Positions 27,670 to 40,207 are shown, numbered from the stretch's first letter. The stretch: 64,000 nt of DNA from an uncultured archaeon (GCA_964473825.1 CAYYQL010000001.1:32001-96000), one strand, 5' to 3'. The notes: generated by a model not told the origin, from the letters alone. Numbers and translations: made by a program.

Positions 27670-29058
27670 CTAGTCTTCTTCCTCGTCGTCCCCCAGACGC
27701 TTGGCTTTTCCGAGGCGACGACTCTTACCCACACTGAGGCGTTTCGAGTCCGGAGCTGATAACGAGTGCCCGGGGCGCCCTTCCTTGATCCCCTCCGCTT
27801 TCTCTGAGGGCCAGGCTTCGCCAGGAGAAGGAGCACGCTCAGCAATCTCCTCGTCCACTTCACCTAGTTCGAAAGTTTCGCCTGAATCACGAGCTCGAGT
27901 GACGATGCGCTCGACCCGCTCCACTCGTAAGTAGTACAGGCTGGTTAGAATCGCGACCACCGGGAATGCCATCAGCTTGGCGATATCACGAAACAGGAAT
28001 GTTGCATAGGTCACGCTTGCGTCCCAGTTGAACCAACTTGCGATGAGTGTACCCTCAGTTGATGTGACGGCAATTATGCTGTCCACAAAGAAGAAGCCGC
28101 TAGCAAGGAAGAATGTCAGGAGAGGACCGAAATCGCGGAGTCTTCGCCGTGATTCCTCAACAGCCTCAGTCACGGTTCTACCTATGCCACTCATAGCGTA
28201 GACAAGGAAGAAAAGAGACATCCCAATGTCAACTGGAGTCATCGACGGCGCCCCTGATCTTCTGAGAACATTGAACAGGAAGTAGCCTGAGTAGATGGCT
28301 ATGAAAACCGTCAACAGGGCGACATTGAGTGCTGCCCCCTTTCGCGCGTACTTGAAGAACGACAATAGCGAAACCAGTGCAAAGAGTGCCAGGAAACCCA
28401 TGGCCGCCAAAAGGAACGGCCAGTGTGTCGTGATGTTGGTCTGATAGAGACTGAAGATTGAACCTAGGATGTCACCGATTCCAAAGAGATTGTTGGGAAT
28501 AATCACAAGTGCGAGGAGAATCTCTGCACCGATAATCCCTATTCCGATAAATAGGATGATGAAGCTACCGATGCCAATCGCAATTCCACCCTTTTTCGGC
28601 TCCGCTATCGAAGCCAGTCTAAGGCTTGTTCGAGATGAGAGGTAAGCCTGAAAAGCGATCCATCCGACCCAACAGAACATCGAGAAAACGAGCAGGGTCC
28701 CGACATCAGTGAAGACAGACAGAAATACTGACAGGGCGAACGAAACAGCTAGCCATGCCACTCCCTTCATCTCGGTTGCCTTACCTCTTCCCCTTCGGGT
28801 TATCCAGATTCTGTCTAGCTTGAGACCTGTAATCAGTGATCCTAGGCCGAAATAGATCGTACCCGTCGCACCAATATAGACGAAGAAGTTCACGAGAATC
28901 AGTTCGATAGACGAGCCTACGTAAGCGGTCATCAGCCATGAAACGAACAACGCCAAGAAGGTCGAAGCTACGAAGATGATCAGATATGCCACATATCGTT
29001 TCGTCTCGAAGAAGACCTTCAGACCTGCTATGATACTTGATAGTATGGGAATTTCCAC
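27670..29058 (-). CDS. Polytopic membrane protein
   Basis: 462 aa, about 10 TM segments, charged tail. Confidence 0.85.
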   Translation of the reverse strand: MEIPILSSIIAGLKVFFETKRYVAYLIIFVASTFLALFVSWLMTAYVGSSIELILVNFFVYIGATGTIYFGLGSLITGLKLDRIWITRRGRGKATEMKGVAWLAVSFALSVFLSVFTDVGTLLVFSMFCWVGWIAFQAYLSSRTSLRLASIAEPKKGGIAIGIGSFIILFIGIGIIGAEILLALVIIPNNLFGIGDILGSIFSLYQTNITTHWPFLLAAMGFLALFALVSLLSFFKYARKGAALNVALLTVFIAIYSGYFLFNVLRRSGAPSMTPVDIGMSLFFLVYAMSGIGRTVTEAVEESRRRLRDFGPLLTFFLASGFFFVDSIIAVTSTEGTLIASWFNWDASVTYATFLFRDIAKLMAFPVVAILTSLYYLRVERVERIVTRARDSGETFELGEVDEEIAERAPSPGEAWPSEKAEGIKEGRPGHSLSAPDSKRLSVGKSRRLGKAKRLGDDEEED

Positions 29059-29569
29059 ATATAGTCCTCCCTTTTGACTTCAAGTGTAGAGTATGATGAT
29101 TTAAGCTTTGCACAGATATCGCTGAAACACTGTTCTAGGCTGTGAAATACGCATCAGGATTAGACAAGCTTATTAGGCACTATTCAGAGCATTAGTTCGT
29201 GGTCAGGTATCAATACGGCAGGGCCTAGTTTTGTAACATGCCCTCATTACACAAACTCCCCCCCTCCTACCACATAAGCTCTGTCGTGCCTGGCCACACC
29301 TCGGGGGACGAAACGAGATGCTACAAATACTTTCACTTCCACGCCATGCAAGTCACTTTGGAGAGATTACGAAACAAATCTGTCCGTGTATCGATAAATC
29401 GGTCTTTCTATATCATAACTCTGGGAAACGGACTATCAGCTATATTTCAGTCATTGTTTTCAACCTATTGAGGAATAAGCAAAGCTCAAACTTGTACGAA
29501 TTCAGCAAGGAAACACTTCGAGTTGTTAAGACTAGATGAGTGGTCCAAGGTTTTCCTCTAATGATCCTT

Positions 29570-30499
29570 TCAACTAGACTGGCCATGACTAAGTGACCGT
29601 ATTGCCTTTTGCAAGCCCCTTATCCCTGAAACTACTCTACCCATTCGTGAGAGAGGAATACCAACGTACATTTCATTATCGCCAAGTTTTCCTGCCGAGC
29701 GACAACCATAACATCCAAGACTGAAATTGATTGTGTTGCTCAGTATAGGCAGAGCTGTAACATCACCACATGATGCTTGCATACCTGCAAAGTTTGCTGT
29801 GATTCTTGGACCTCCTGCGTAAAAGAGAAGGGCATTGGCAACCCACATCGCTTGTCTGGGTGTTAGAATCAGAATAATTACATCTGGCTCAAATCGAGTA
29901 TTCTCAAGTGAAGATACAAGAGTTCCCTTGGTAGTTCCTAGTTCCACACGTGGAATTTCCTTCATGATTCTCGATGCGGCTTCTTGGCTACTAGCAAGAC
30001 CATGCATGTATGGGACTGTGCCGTTTTGGACCTTCTGAGGCAGTGGTGCTATGCCAAGAGCAGCCTTAGCGGCGCTACAAGCATGTGCTTCTGCGGGTAG
30101 AAGAAGGGCAGCACCTTGAGAAGCCATGTTTACAGAAATACAGTGCCGCAGTGGTGCCTTCATGGTCATTATATCTGCCGGAGCTTGTTCGTCATTTCTG
30201 ACAAGTCGAACAGCTACAGGATCTTTTCTCAACCCGAGCGTGTCCTTGAGGATTCTTGCCCATTCACAATATTCTTTCCTACCTTCCATTCTTGTGAAAA
30301 AACCAGAAATGTCAGAGTGATTTTGAACCACGATGGCATTTACTGGGCATTGATCTGCACATACACCACAGAGTGTGCATGAATCTTCATCAATAACCAT
30401 GGGGAAATCATCATGAATCTCAAAGACATCTGCGGGGCAAATCTCGACACATCGGCCACATGAGGTGCATCTTTCATTATTCAGTTGAATCTTCGACAA
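29570..30499 (-). CDS. 2x[4Fe-4S] ferredoxin fused to a DUF169-like domain
   Basis: Two CxxCxxCxxxCP motifs; PVAV, RHC, QASC and SLGCYGCR DUF169-type motifs. Confidence 0.85.
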   Translation of the reverse strand: MSKIQLNNERCTSCGRCVEICPADVFEIHDDFPMVIDEDSCTLCGVCADQCPVNAIVVQNHSDISGFFTRMEGRKEYCEWARILKDTLGLRKDPVAVRLVRNDEQAPADIMTMKAPLRHCISVNMASQGAALLLPAEAHACSAAKAALGIAPLPQKVQNGTVPYMHGLASSQEAASRIMKEIPRVELGTTKGTLVSSLENTRFEPDVIILILTPRQAMWVANALLFYAGGPRITANFAGMQASCGDVTALPILSNTINFSLGCYGCRSAGKLGDNEMYVGIPLSRMGRVVSGIRGLQKAIRSLSHGQSS

Positions 30500-30573
30500 G
30501 AGCCAGTCAATCCTATTTGGTTTACAACACTAATCATATCAGATACTGAAACAACATCTTCATCCCTTTCTCA

Positions 30574-30700
30574 CTACGCGCTTACAATGGCCATTATCGC
30601 CCTCTCCAAGTCATCCTGTGATATGTAATCTAAGAAAGGCTTAGGAGTTGCTGCCAAGGGCGCTCGCTGCTCTTGGGATCCATATCACGGCTCAAGAAGA
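30574..30700 (-). pseudogene. Remnant of a second DGC-domain gene
   Basis: PKPFLDYISQDDLERAIMAIVSA* resembles PKPVMEYIAPDDLEKVAELIVEA of the upstream gene; frameshift/stop upstream. Confidence 0.55.
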
Positions 30701-30754
30701 AAGCCCTCCGTGCGTCGTCTGGACTCGCTGAGAACTACTCATTGCAGTGATGGA

Positions 30755-31186
30755 CTATGATATTTCTCCTATTGCCTCGACAATCAATTCTGCTACCTTT
30801 TCAAGATCATCAGGAGCAATATACTCCATGACCGGTTTTGGCTCACCAGCGAGGTCTCTTGCGAGACTGATCTTTGATATATCCGTATCTCGTGTGATGC
30901 ATATTGACGCCGTCGGTGTATATCCCGCTTTTTCAACAAGACGTTTGGCACATTCCTTGGGACACCCGTCAACTGTGATGATGCCTTTAGCTGAACGAGA
31001 CTTGTCATGAGCCGGCTGGTCGTCACATGCAAGTGAAGCCAGACATGAAATGCACGCTTTTCTCAAACCAACTTCTTTGACAGCCTCAAGTGCTGCAAGC
31101 CCTGCAATAAGTCCAGTATTCGATAATCCGCCATAACAGGTATAGATCAGAGATTCATGATTAACTGACATGATTTTGTTCCTCAT
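30755..31186 (-). CDS. DGC-domain putative zinc-binding protein
   Basis: CYGGLSNTG, ISCLA, TVDGCPKECA. Confidence 0.9.
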   Translation of the reverse strand: MRNKIMSVNHESLIYTCYGGLSNTGLIAGLAALEAVKEVGLRKACISCLASLACDDQPAHDKSRSAKGIITVDGCPKECAKRLVEKAGYTPTASICITRDTDISKISLARDLAGEPKPVMEYIAPDDLEKVAELIVEAIGEIS

Positions 31187-31580
31187 CTATTCATCGATAA
31201 ATCGCTATATTTAATATATTCGATTGTTGCTTCAAGGTCTAAAGGCTAATCCCTCTTGTTCCTGTCTGATGTTTCTCTTCGTGTAGAACCGTACGTTAAA
31301 TGTCAAACAACCGCTGATGGTGATGACAAGCATAAGGATGCCATCTGAACGTCTGAAGTGGGTATGCGAAGGGTCGCGTTAGAAGCACATCTACTCAAAG
31401 CTGAATGATCTCATGCAACCACTACAGCTCCAGAACAGTGACTATCACGCTGCTACTCGCAATCTGTCTTGGTCTATCGAAGCAGGTTACATCTTGTGAC
31501 TCGTAGTCCGCTCGATTATTGCAACTCGGGACATTTCTTTGGTTTCAAAGTCTAGTGTCCACGAACATATCATTTATATG

Positions 31581-31595
31581 TATAACAATGTTATA
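31581..31595. promoter_or_regulatory. Palindromic operator/TATA region of the PadR-ABC operon
   Basis: TATAACA-A-TGTTATA just upstream of the PadR start. Confidence 0.5.
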
Positions 31596-31611
31596 TATGT
31601 ACGTGATGTAT

Positions 31612-31992
31612 ATGTGCGAACCACGACATGGTTTCTGTCATTTTCCCGGTAGAGGTCATGTTCAGTTACTGATTCTGCGACTGCTACATGCTAGTCCTTC
31701 GCATGGCTATCAGATAATGGAGGACTTGGAGCGGATCACCGCCGGAAATTATGTCCCCGAAACAGGCTCAATCTACACAATCCTCAGGAGGATGGAAAAG
31801 AAGGGGCTTGTGACATCGAAATGGAAAGACAACGAGTCGGGTGCTGATCGCAGAGTCTATACACTCACGAAAGATGGAATCAAAGTATTGCGGGAAGGGT
31901 TGAAGATGGTGAGGCAAAGAAGGCAATTGATGGATAGTCTCGTTCAGTATTACGACAAGCACTTTGCAGAACCGAAGGAAGGAGATGAGTGA
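31612..31992 (+). CDS. PadR family regulator
   Basis: SHGYQIM, GSIYTILRRMEKKGLV, RRVYTLT. Confidence 0.92.
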   Translation: MCEPRHGFCHFPGRGHVQLLILRLLHASPSHGYQIMEDLERITAGNYVPETGSIYTILRRMEKKGLVTSKWKDNESGADRRVYTLTKDGIKVLREGLKMVRQRRQLMDSLVQYYDKHFAEPKEGDE

Positions 31993-32950
31993 TTTGGAAA
32001 AAGCGATTGAAAGCAAGAATCTGACGAAGTATTATGGAAACCTCCTAGCGGTAGACCACGTCACCTTCGAAGTTAAGAAAGGCGAGATATTCGGCTTCCT
32101 GGGCCCTAATGGCGCGGGTAAGACCACTACTGTTAGGATGTTCACGGGCTTGACTCAACCAAGCGATGGAACAGCGAGCATATTCGGGCATGATATTGGA
32201 AGCGATACGATTGCCGCTAAGACACACGTGGGAATCGTACCAGAGACTTCCAACGTGTACAACGACCTCTCTGCTTGGGACAACATGATGTTTACCGGTG
32301 AGCTCTATCAAGTTAGCAGGTCAGAGAGGGAAAGGAGAGCTAAAGAGCTCCTAGAGATGTTTGACCTCTATGACCGCAGAAAGGACAAGGCCAAAAGCTT
32401 CTCAAAGGGAATGAAGCGGCGTCTTGCAATCTCGATGGGCTTGATAAACGATCCCCAGTTGCTCTTCTTAGACGAACCAACATCGGGCCTGGATGTCCAG
32501 AGCGTCCTAATAATCAAGGATGTGATTAGCCAGCTTAACGAATCAGGGGTGACGATATTCCTGACAACGCACGACATCGAGGAAGCAAGTTTAATCTGCA
32601 ATAGAGTCGCAATCATCCATAAAGGGAAGATAGCCGCAATAGATAGTCCCGAAAAACTGAAGCAGACAATCGAGAGCGTTCACTCCATAGAAATCGCGTT
32701 TGATGATCCGTCATCCATCAGTATGGACGAACTTGAAGCAATCCAGACGGTGAACGAAGTCCAAAAGGTTGGAAACAGATTTCGGTTGTATACTCATGAC
32801 ACAGCAGCAGCTCTTTGGCATTTGTGGGAATACCTTAGAAATGGTAACTTGCGTCCCATCACCATCAACACATATGGCCCCAATCTCGAAGATGTTTTTG
32901 TCAGACTTACTGAAATAGATGCGAAACAGAAAAAGGAGGAACGAAATTGA
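31985..32950 (+). CDS. ABC-2 type exporter ATP-binding protein
   Basis: GPNGAGKTT, FSKGMKRR, LFLDEPTSGLD. Confidence 0.95.
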   Translation: MSDLEKAIESKNLTKYYGNLLAVDHVTFEVKKGEIFGFLGPNGAGKTTTVRMFTGLTQPSDGTASIFGHDIGSDTIAAKTHVGIVPETSNVYNDLSAWDNMMFTGELYQVSRSERERRAKELLEMFDLYDRRKDKAKSFSKGMKRRLAISMGLINDPQLLFLDEPTSGLDVQSVLIIKDVISQLNESGVTIFLTTHDIEEASLICNRVAIIHKGKIAAIDSPEKLKQTIESVHSIEIAFDDPSSISMDELEAIQTVNEVQKVGNRFRLYTHDTAAALWHLWEYLRNGNLRPITINTYGPNLEDVFVRLTEIDAKQKKEERN

Positions 32951-33771
32951 AAGACAGTACAACTACTGCAACACAAGTAATGCGTGATCTAAGGGCCTCA
33001 TGGGCAATCATGAAGAAAGATGCCCGAATCTACTACCTAAACCCCGGTACTCTCATGTTCGCGATATTGTTCCCACTCTTCATGTTCCTTTCATTCGCCG
33101 TCGGGAAGAATGCACCGGTGGACACCTTGATTCCGGGATTAATATCTATCACAATTCTGTTCAGTTCGTCCTCAATTGGACCGATGGCTATTCCAAGTGA
33201 AAGGAGATCGAAGACATTTGAAAGGCTAGTATCTGCGCCAGTATCGTTCAATTCGATATTGCTTGGCAAGACATTGGCAGGTTTCTTCTTCAGCATTATC
33301 ATAGGAGTTATTCCGTTGGTCATAGGTCTTGTATGGTTTGGGGTTCAAATCACCAGCATCGTATTCTTGATAGCCGGTCTGACACTTGCTTCTTTTTGTT
33401 TTGCAATGGTAGGAATAATGTTTGGTTCAATTCCTACAGAGAATCCTGGTGACGTCATGATGCTCCTTAACTTTGTTCGTCTGCCAATGATATTCATCAG
33501 TGGATTATTCATACCTATCGAAAGCCTGCCAGAATGGGGGCAAATGATAGCAGCTCTTTCGCCGCTTTCGTACGCAAATGACTTGCTCAGATATGCACTT
33601 CAAGGAATAACGCTCTATGGACCACTAATAGATTCAATCGTTCTAGTTCTCTTCACAGGCTTCTTCTTTTGGTTGAGCATTAGAATCAAGAGCAAATGGA
33701 GCGAAGAAAGCGATATGAAAGGAAAGGGGATGAACATGAAGAAAGAGAGGATGAAAAAAGGGAATCGGTGA
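32947..33771 (+). CDS. ABC-2 type permease
   Basis: Six TM; ERRSKTFERL, FISGLFIPIESLP, PLSY. Confidence 0.92.
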   Translation: MKDSTTTATQVMRDLRASWAIMKKDARIYYLNPGTLMFAILFPLFMFLSFAVGKNAPVDTLIPGLISITILFSSSSIGPMAIPSERRSKTFERLVSAPVSFNSILLGKTLAGFFFSIIIGVIPLVIGLVWFGVQITSIVFLIAGLTLASFCFAMVGIMFGSIPTENPGDVMMLLNFVRLPMIFISGLFIPIESLPEWGQMIAALSPLSYANDLLRYALQGITLYGPLIDSIVLVLFTGFFFWLSIRIKSKWSEESDMKGKGMNMKKERMKKGNR

Positions 33772-34343
33772 AATAGTACTTCGAGCGGATTCATTCGTGT
33801 AAGTATGAGCAACGGATGAATCCTTGCGGTAATCATTCTACAAGTCCGGTGAGGGGCTCAAGGATAACCTAAGAGGAGGGCATCCATCCCCTCCTTTTTG
33901 TATTCAGAAACTCGAAATCTCTAGCAGAGCTGTCAGATTCAGCATATGAGTATTCCAAGCAAGAAACACGAACTGATACACGAGATTGACCGTCAATGGT
34001 TCGCGCGTCGACAACAACGACAGCCTCGGAAGCTCGCATACTAGACATGATCGAGTCCCAACAGAATCTGAACATGCCAAGTCCACCGTTGGGAATGACA
34101 CTATCTCTGCTGATTACACGGAATTCGCAAAACTTTGAATATTACAAGCGGGTGCATTGTCCTCAGGACCCGTTTGACATGCTTCATCTATCCCGTTTGA
34201 CCACCGCAATTCTGTCTCCTGCTGGTGACTGATTGAGCCTCTTATCTGGCGACAAGAGACAAATGAATCGGTTGCCGCTTCCTTGGTGGCTTCAGGAGTA
34301 GCGGCTGCATATTCTAAACAATACAGAGCGATTAGTCGATAGG

Positions 34344-34712
34344 TCAATCCTGCTCTTCAAGGTGCTCTTCGAATGAATCAAACAAGTCAGCAGCACGGAT
34401 AGGTTTGGTCAAGAAACCGATAGCACCGGCGTCGATGGCCTCATCAACAACCGAATCATCTGCACTGAGGAAAAGAATTTTCACATCATGGTCAATGCGC
34501 TTGATTTCTCGGGTTGCTATGATCCCATTCATGACCGGCATCCGATGATCCATCAGAATGATATGAGGTCGAGGATTCGCCTTCATGAACTCCTCGATGG
34601 CCTCTTCACCGTTGGCGGCATGGCTAACGACTCGATGACCCCCTATTGCTAGGATTCGGTCCAGCACTTTGTGTAGAAATGCATCGTCGTCAACAATCAT
34701 TACCCGTGTCAT
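34344..34712 (-). CDS. Stand-alone response regulator receiver
   Basis: IVDDD, MDHRMP, FLTKP. Confidence 0.93.
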   Translation of the reverse strand: MTRVMIVDDDAFLHKVLDRILAIGGHRVVSHAANGEEAIEEFMKANPRPHIILMDHRMPVMNGIIATREIKRIDHDVKILFLSADDSVVDEAIDAGAIGFLTKPIRAADLFDSFEEHLEEQD

Positions 34713-34714
34713 AT

Positions 34715-35803
34715 TCAGCCCTCCTCCGCTTGCTCGCTGCGCTTGTATCGTAGGAGCATCACAAAATTTGCACCCTTTGTGTGATCATTGGCTACGCGGT
34801 CTTCTACTCGAATGAAACCACCGTTGTTCTCAAGGATCTTCTTTACCAGTGTCAAGCCCAGTCCAAGACCTAAGATACTCTCGCGGCGATGGGATAGCTC
34901 CGAGAAGACCCTCTCCTTATCATGATCAGATATCCCAGGGCCGAAGTCTTTAACCTCAACTCTAAGAAATGGAGTATGCGTCACTTCTTCAGCGTCTACG
35001 ATAATCTTCACTCTGTCACTTTTATCAAACTTCATTGAATTGTGGAATAAACTGTAGAATACATCGTCGAGGTATTGATCAGCGATGATATAGTATTCGC
35101 CCGCTTCGACATTTGTTTCTAAGTCAAGTTCCTTATCTTCAAAGGATTTACTCACTGACTCGGCGGCTTTTGCTACTGTTTCGGTCAGCTCCCATTCCTT
35201 CTTGACTGGTGGGAGAGCATCTAGACGCGTAATCTTTCGCACGCCTGAAATGAGTTTTGAAGCACGATCAATCTCATCAAGTCCCTCGCGAATGAATCCC
35301 TCCAGTTGCCGGGGCAAAGAAGGATTGTAGAGGAGTACTTCAAGGGTGGAGAGAATCTCTTGGTTTATATTTGTGAGGTCGTGAACCATCAAGTCGGCAA
35401 GGAATTCGATCCGTGCTCTTGATTCCTTCAGTTCTTTCGCGGCTCTCTTCCGTTCAGTAGTATCACGGAAAAAGCCAGTGGCCGCAACAATGCTGTTCCC
35501 CTCTTTTCTAGGGAAGAGATTGCCTTCCACATGTACCGCATCTCCGTGCTTCGTGATGAAGGTAGTCTGAACATCGGTTCGACTCATCCCGTTGAGAATC
35601 TGGGAGACCACTTCTTGATGTTTTTTCATTTCGCCGGGAAACAGTATGTCCTTGAGTCCAAGCTGGTCAATCTCGTCGCTATCATATTCCATTCTCTCAA
35701 GCCAAGCTCTATTGACAAATTCGAAGCTACCGTCAGGCGTTACGCTATGGATGAGATCGTTGGTTCCCTCAATTAGAGACACCAACAGCTGTAAATCTTC
35801 CAT
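34715..35803 (-). CDS. PAS-domain histidine kinase
   Basis: PAS; HDLTNINQ H-box; DFGPGI; GLGLGL. Confidence 0.93.
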   Translation of the reverse strand: MEDLQLLVSLIEGTNDLIHSVTPDGSFEFVNRAWLERMEYDSDEIDQLGLKDILFPGEMKKHQEVVSQILNGMSRTDVQTTFITKHGDAVHVEGNLFPRKEGNSIVAATGFFRDTTERKRAAKELKESRARIEFLADLMVHDLTNINQEILSTLEVLLYNPSLPRQLEGFIREGLDEIDRASKLISGVRKITRLDALPPVKKEWELTETVAKAAESVSKSFEDKELDLETNVEAGEYYIIADQYLDDVFYSLFHNSMKFDKSDRVKIIVDAEEVTHTPFLRVEVKDFGPGISDHDKERVFSELSHRRESILGLGLGLTLVKKILENNGGFIRVEDRVANDHTKGANFVMLLRYKRSEQAEEG

Positions 35804-36277
35804 TCCGTCATTCCTCGATTGGTTTAATCGATGGGTGCCTAAGCCATCTGGACACCAGGCTAACCTTCGAAGAGAATCTTATAATCGTATCTTATGCGTA
35901 AACAAACCGAATTTTGCCAAACGAGATACTTCGCATGAAATACTGCACCTGCAGGGGCTCTCTCAATCAGTGTCACTGCAATCCTAGAAGGCGAGCACGA
36001 TGCCAAACTCGCTATCTTCCGTATTGATGGAATCTCGGCAGCCCACAGTTGCCATCGTTGTAGCTAACGATGAATCATTCTTAGGAGGCCCATGCGGGTC
36101 AGTATAGCTGGTCTTACCGGCAACCAAGGATTTTGAGAGGTAATGGCAAATCCAACCAGCTGAAGTTTATTAAGCACATGGCGTTCCTTAGTAGCGCATC
36201 TGCACAAGAATTTATGTTGGTTAGCCTGCTGTCACCAGGTCACTGGCCACAAGGAGAAGTTATTCGCGGAGGATACA

Positions 36278-39200
36278 TGATGAAGAATAAGGTTTTCATG
36301 GTTGTTGTGTTTGCAATCTTAGTTGCCCAGCCACTCGTGATTACGTCTGGCATCTTCACGCCAGAGGCGGGGACTCAACTATCAAAGACTAAGCCGAACA
36401 TACCGGCACAAGATGTGGGTACTCGGCTGACTCCAGAGGAGCACACTAACCGTGTCCCCATACTCATAGAGGGAGAGGAGGACTTCGTGAGTCAGTCTTG
36501 GCCCGGTGACGGGTCTTCCGATTCCCCCTACGTCATTGAGGGTCTAAACATCACTTACGACATCAGCCAGATCCTAATCAGGGTCTACAACACAACGTCG
36601 TACTTCGTTATCAGGGACTGCTATATCGGCCAATTGTCTTTGGACAGATACGCTATCGAAGTGGTGAATGCCACCAACGCTGTGATTGAATATGTCACCG
36701 TTGTTTCCGAAGGCTATGGTATTCGCCTCGAGAATGTCACGGATGCACGAGTTGCCCATGTTGATTCTCACGTTGATCAAGTGTCATACATGGAACTCGT
36801 TGAGTGTGAGAACATCGAGGTAGACTTCAACTCGCTTGTAGGTCACGGGTTATCTATCACTGATTGTACAGGCATCGGAGTCACAGGCAATCAGATATCA
36901 CAGGCTGGAGCAATGGGACTCTTCATCAAGCAATCAAACGGAACACTGGTCCAGTCCAATCTAGTCAATGTCACTACGGGTTCTGGGCTGCGACTGGATA
37001 ATAGCAGTCATTGCGATGTTCGAGCCAATCAGATTCTCAATGCAAGTGCGGCGGGAATCCATCTGACACTCTCCGAAAACGTCACTATAGAAGACAATAG
37101 GGTGCTTAGTTCTGGAGGAAGCGGCATTCAATTCACAAGTCATCAGTGGATCAGCATTGTTGGTAACCACTTCAACTCATCAGGTGCTTATCCAATCTAT
37201 ACCACGGCTTCGGAGAATGGAATCATATCTGGAAACATCATTGCGAATACGCCCAGCTACGGGGGAATTGTCTTTCAAAGCAGTGCTGAGAATTTCACAA
37301 TCTCAGATAACCACATCGAGAACACTTATGGAGGATTCATCACATTCTCGGGTGCAAATCTGGATATTGTCAGGAATACCATAAACAATGTCGGCAACCA
37401 CTTCATTGCCCCCAGTGGAGTCTTAGATGCGAAGGTAATCAACAACACCTGTAAGGATTCTAGCCTGTTTGCAATCTACTTGAGTAACTCTCATCGTGCA
37501 ATTGTATCAGGAAATGTTGTGAACAGCTCCTATAACCAAGGAATCCTTGGAGATGGCATCAATCTGACGATCAGTGATAATCTGCTCTACGAAAACGCCA
37601 TTGGTGTTACTTTGTCCAGTATATCCACCAACGCAAGGGTGTCTAACAACTGGATACGGGAAACAGAAACTGGTGTACGCATAGAAGCCAGTGATGCAGA
37701 AGTCGAGTCCAACTCTATATCCTATGCCCTAACAGGAATAGGGGTTTACGGGACCGCCCATAGAGCTCAAATAGTTGACAACACAATTGACACGGTGTCC
37801 ACCGGTATATTTGTGAGAAACACAAACCAGAGTGTGGTTGGCAACACGATATCCAATGCAGTTATTGGAGTTGACCTGAACACCGCTACAGCACCCTGGA
37901 TCGGAAGCAACACAATACAAGATAGCGAAACCGGTATTCAGGTCTCCGCGACAACCCAAGGGTTATTCGAGAACAATAACATGACAGGCTGCGGTTTCTA
38001 CTTCCCGCCAGGGCAATCATTAGCTCAGCTCAATCACACGCTTCTAGATAATTATGTTGACGAGAAGCCCGTCTTTTATGACTTGAATAGCGTTGGCCTG
38101 ACGCTTGACGATTCTTATGGTGAATACATTCTTGTGAATAGCACGGATGTGGCCATCACAGGGGGCCTCTTCTCGCATACAACTGCTGCCGTTCTTGCAT
38201 ACCTCACTGACGAACTGACCATCTCTGATATGTTCACAGTCGATCTGATCTACCCCTTCGTATTCGACAGGTGTGAGAATGTCACTCTCCAGAACTCGGT
38301 TTTGGAGGATCTCTACTCGGGTGATGGAGTGACCGTCATCGGTTCAGTCAGATTCGTTGCTGACAATGTTTCTATCTCTCGTGGCAGTCACAATGGCTTC
38401 ATGCTTGACGGTTCTTCATTGTCCACCATCCAGAACTGCGATATCTCGGACCTCGATGGCGCCGGAGTGTATTCCCATAGTTCTGAATATGGTCTCGTAG
38501 AATCCAACCTGATGTCCAACTGTACATATGGGGTTAGAATCGAATTCACTGTTTACTCAAGCATCCGAGCAAATCACATGCAGTGGTGCGAGTACGGAAT
38601 CTTTTCGTCTTCAGAGTCTGACCTCAACAACGCCACGTTCAACAACATACACGATGGTCTCTACGGAATCCGAATGGACGACAGCTTCACATGGTACATC
38701 TACAACAACACCATCCGCTGGAACTCCTATGGCCTGTACATTACTCAGACGGACGATGACCAGTATATCTACAACAACACCTTTGCACTGAACAGGATTC
38801 TCAATGGTTTTGACTCTGGTTCTGACCAGTGGGACGACCGTGTAGATAGTGGCAATTACTGGGACGACTACAGCGGAACAGGCGTGTATAACATACCTGG
38901 TGGTTCATCGGTTGACAACTATCCCTACCAGTATATCGTAACCAAGCCCATCATCAACAGCCCAATCGACCTCTGGTATGCGGAAGGATCAGTTGGTAAC
39001 ACAATCGTCTGGTTCCCGTATGACGACTCGCTTCGCAACTGGCGGGTTGAGATTGATGGGGCTGAATGGACACGGGATGCGTGGAACTTCGACAACGTAA
39101 CTGTCAATGTCGATGGCCTCTCTTACGGCACGCACACAGTTACCCTGACAGTGTGGGACATGTATCAGAACTACGTTAACGATACCGTTCTGGTTCATGT

Positions 39201-39882
39201 ATTCGACGACACGCCACCCGTCATTGACAGCCCGGCAGATCAGTGGTTGTTTGGAGACCTAACTGGCCAGACAATCGACTGGGAGGTAAGCGACCTCAAT
39301 CCGGACACCTACACGGTGTTTGTGGATGGTATCGAGTTTGAAACTGGCACATGGAGTACAGGAATTCTGTCCGTAAACGTCGATGCAATCCCTGTAGGAA
39401 GGCATGATGTCGTATTGGTAATCTATGATGTTGACGGAAACTCGGCCAGTGATTCAGTGGCTGTCCTCGTCATTCAGGACGATGAAGCACCTACCATAGA
39501 CAGCCCCGCCGACCTGGTCTATATTGAAGGCACGACAGGAAACAGAATCGCCTGGAATCCCAGTGACGCACATCCTGATAGATATGAGATTGTTTCGGAT
39601 GGTTCGGTGGTAGAGGAGGGAGTGTGGGCAGGCAGTCGAATCGCGTTCAGCGTTGATGGATACAGTGTGGGTAACTATACCTTTACCATCACAGTCTATG
39701 ACAAGTCTGGTCGCTCGGCGAGCGATACTGTCACTCTGAACGTGTTAGCTGTCACACCGACAGAAACCCCGACCGAGCCTGCTGATTACTCGATGCTGGC
39801 CATAATCGCAGGCGCAGCTGTGGTGGCAGTTGTCGTGATAGCCGTGCTCTATTATCTGACAAAACGAAGAGGTTCTGGTTAG
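36278..39882 (+). CDS. Large surface protein: NosD/parallel beta-helix repeats, Ig-like repeats, C-terminal TM (paralog 1)
   Basis: Signal peptide at MMKNKV; many GI.L...N.I..N repeats; GNYWDDY; three DDxPPxIDSPAD repeats. Confidence 0.9.
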
Positions 39883-39887
39883 GGGAA

Positions 39888-39916
39888 GAAGGCCCGGGCA
39901 GAGATTCGGGCCTTTC
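39888..39916 (+). terminator. GC-rich hairpin after paralog 1
   Basis: AAGGCCCGG...TCGGGCCTT followed by pyrimidines. Confidence 0.5.
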
Positions 39917-40207
39917 CTCATTTCTCTGATCCATCTGAGTCAGGGTGTCTGGAGAAGACGACTCCAGCGCGCACACAGTCCTACTAGTCAGTGATAGATG
40001 GTCAGCCTACCGCATAGTATACGAAAATACCGTTATCATACCGAACAGATTGTTGGTAGGATATCTGTTCACACTGAAAGCAACATTGGGCATAACTCCG
40101 TAGAATGGCGTCCTTGGCATCAAAGAAGCGATACTTGAAACTTATTAGGCACTCAATCCAATCCATTGGTGTCAAAGCGCCCACAATAATTAAGAGGACG
40201 GCCGTGG

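Noticed and set aside
37150-39000. GTTGGTAAC matches in host genes (~37159, ~38992)
   Set aside because: Only the 9-bp core, encoding VGN in beta-helix/Ig repeats; expected by chance
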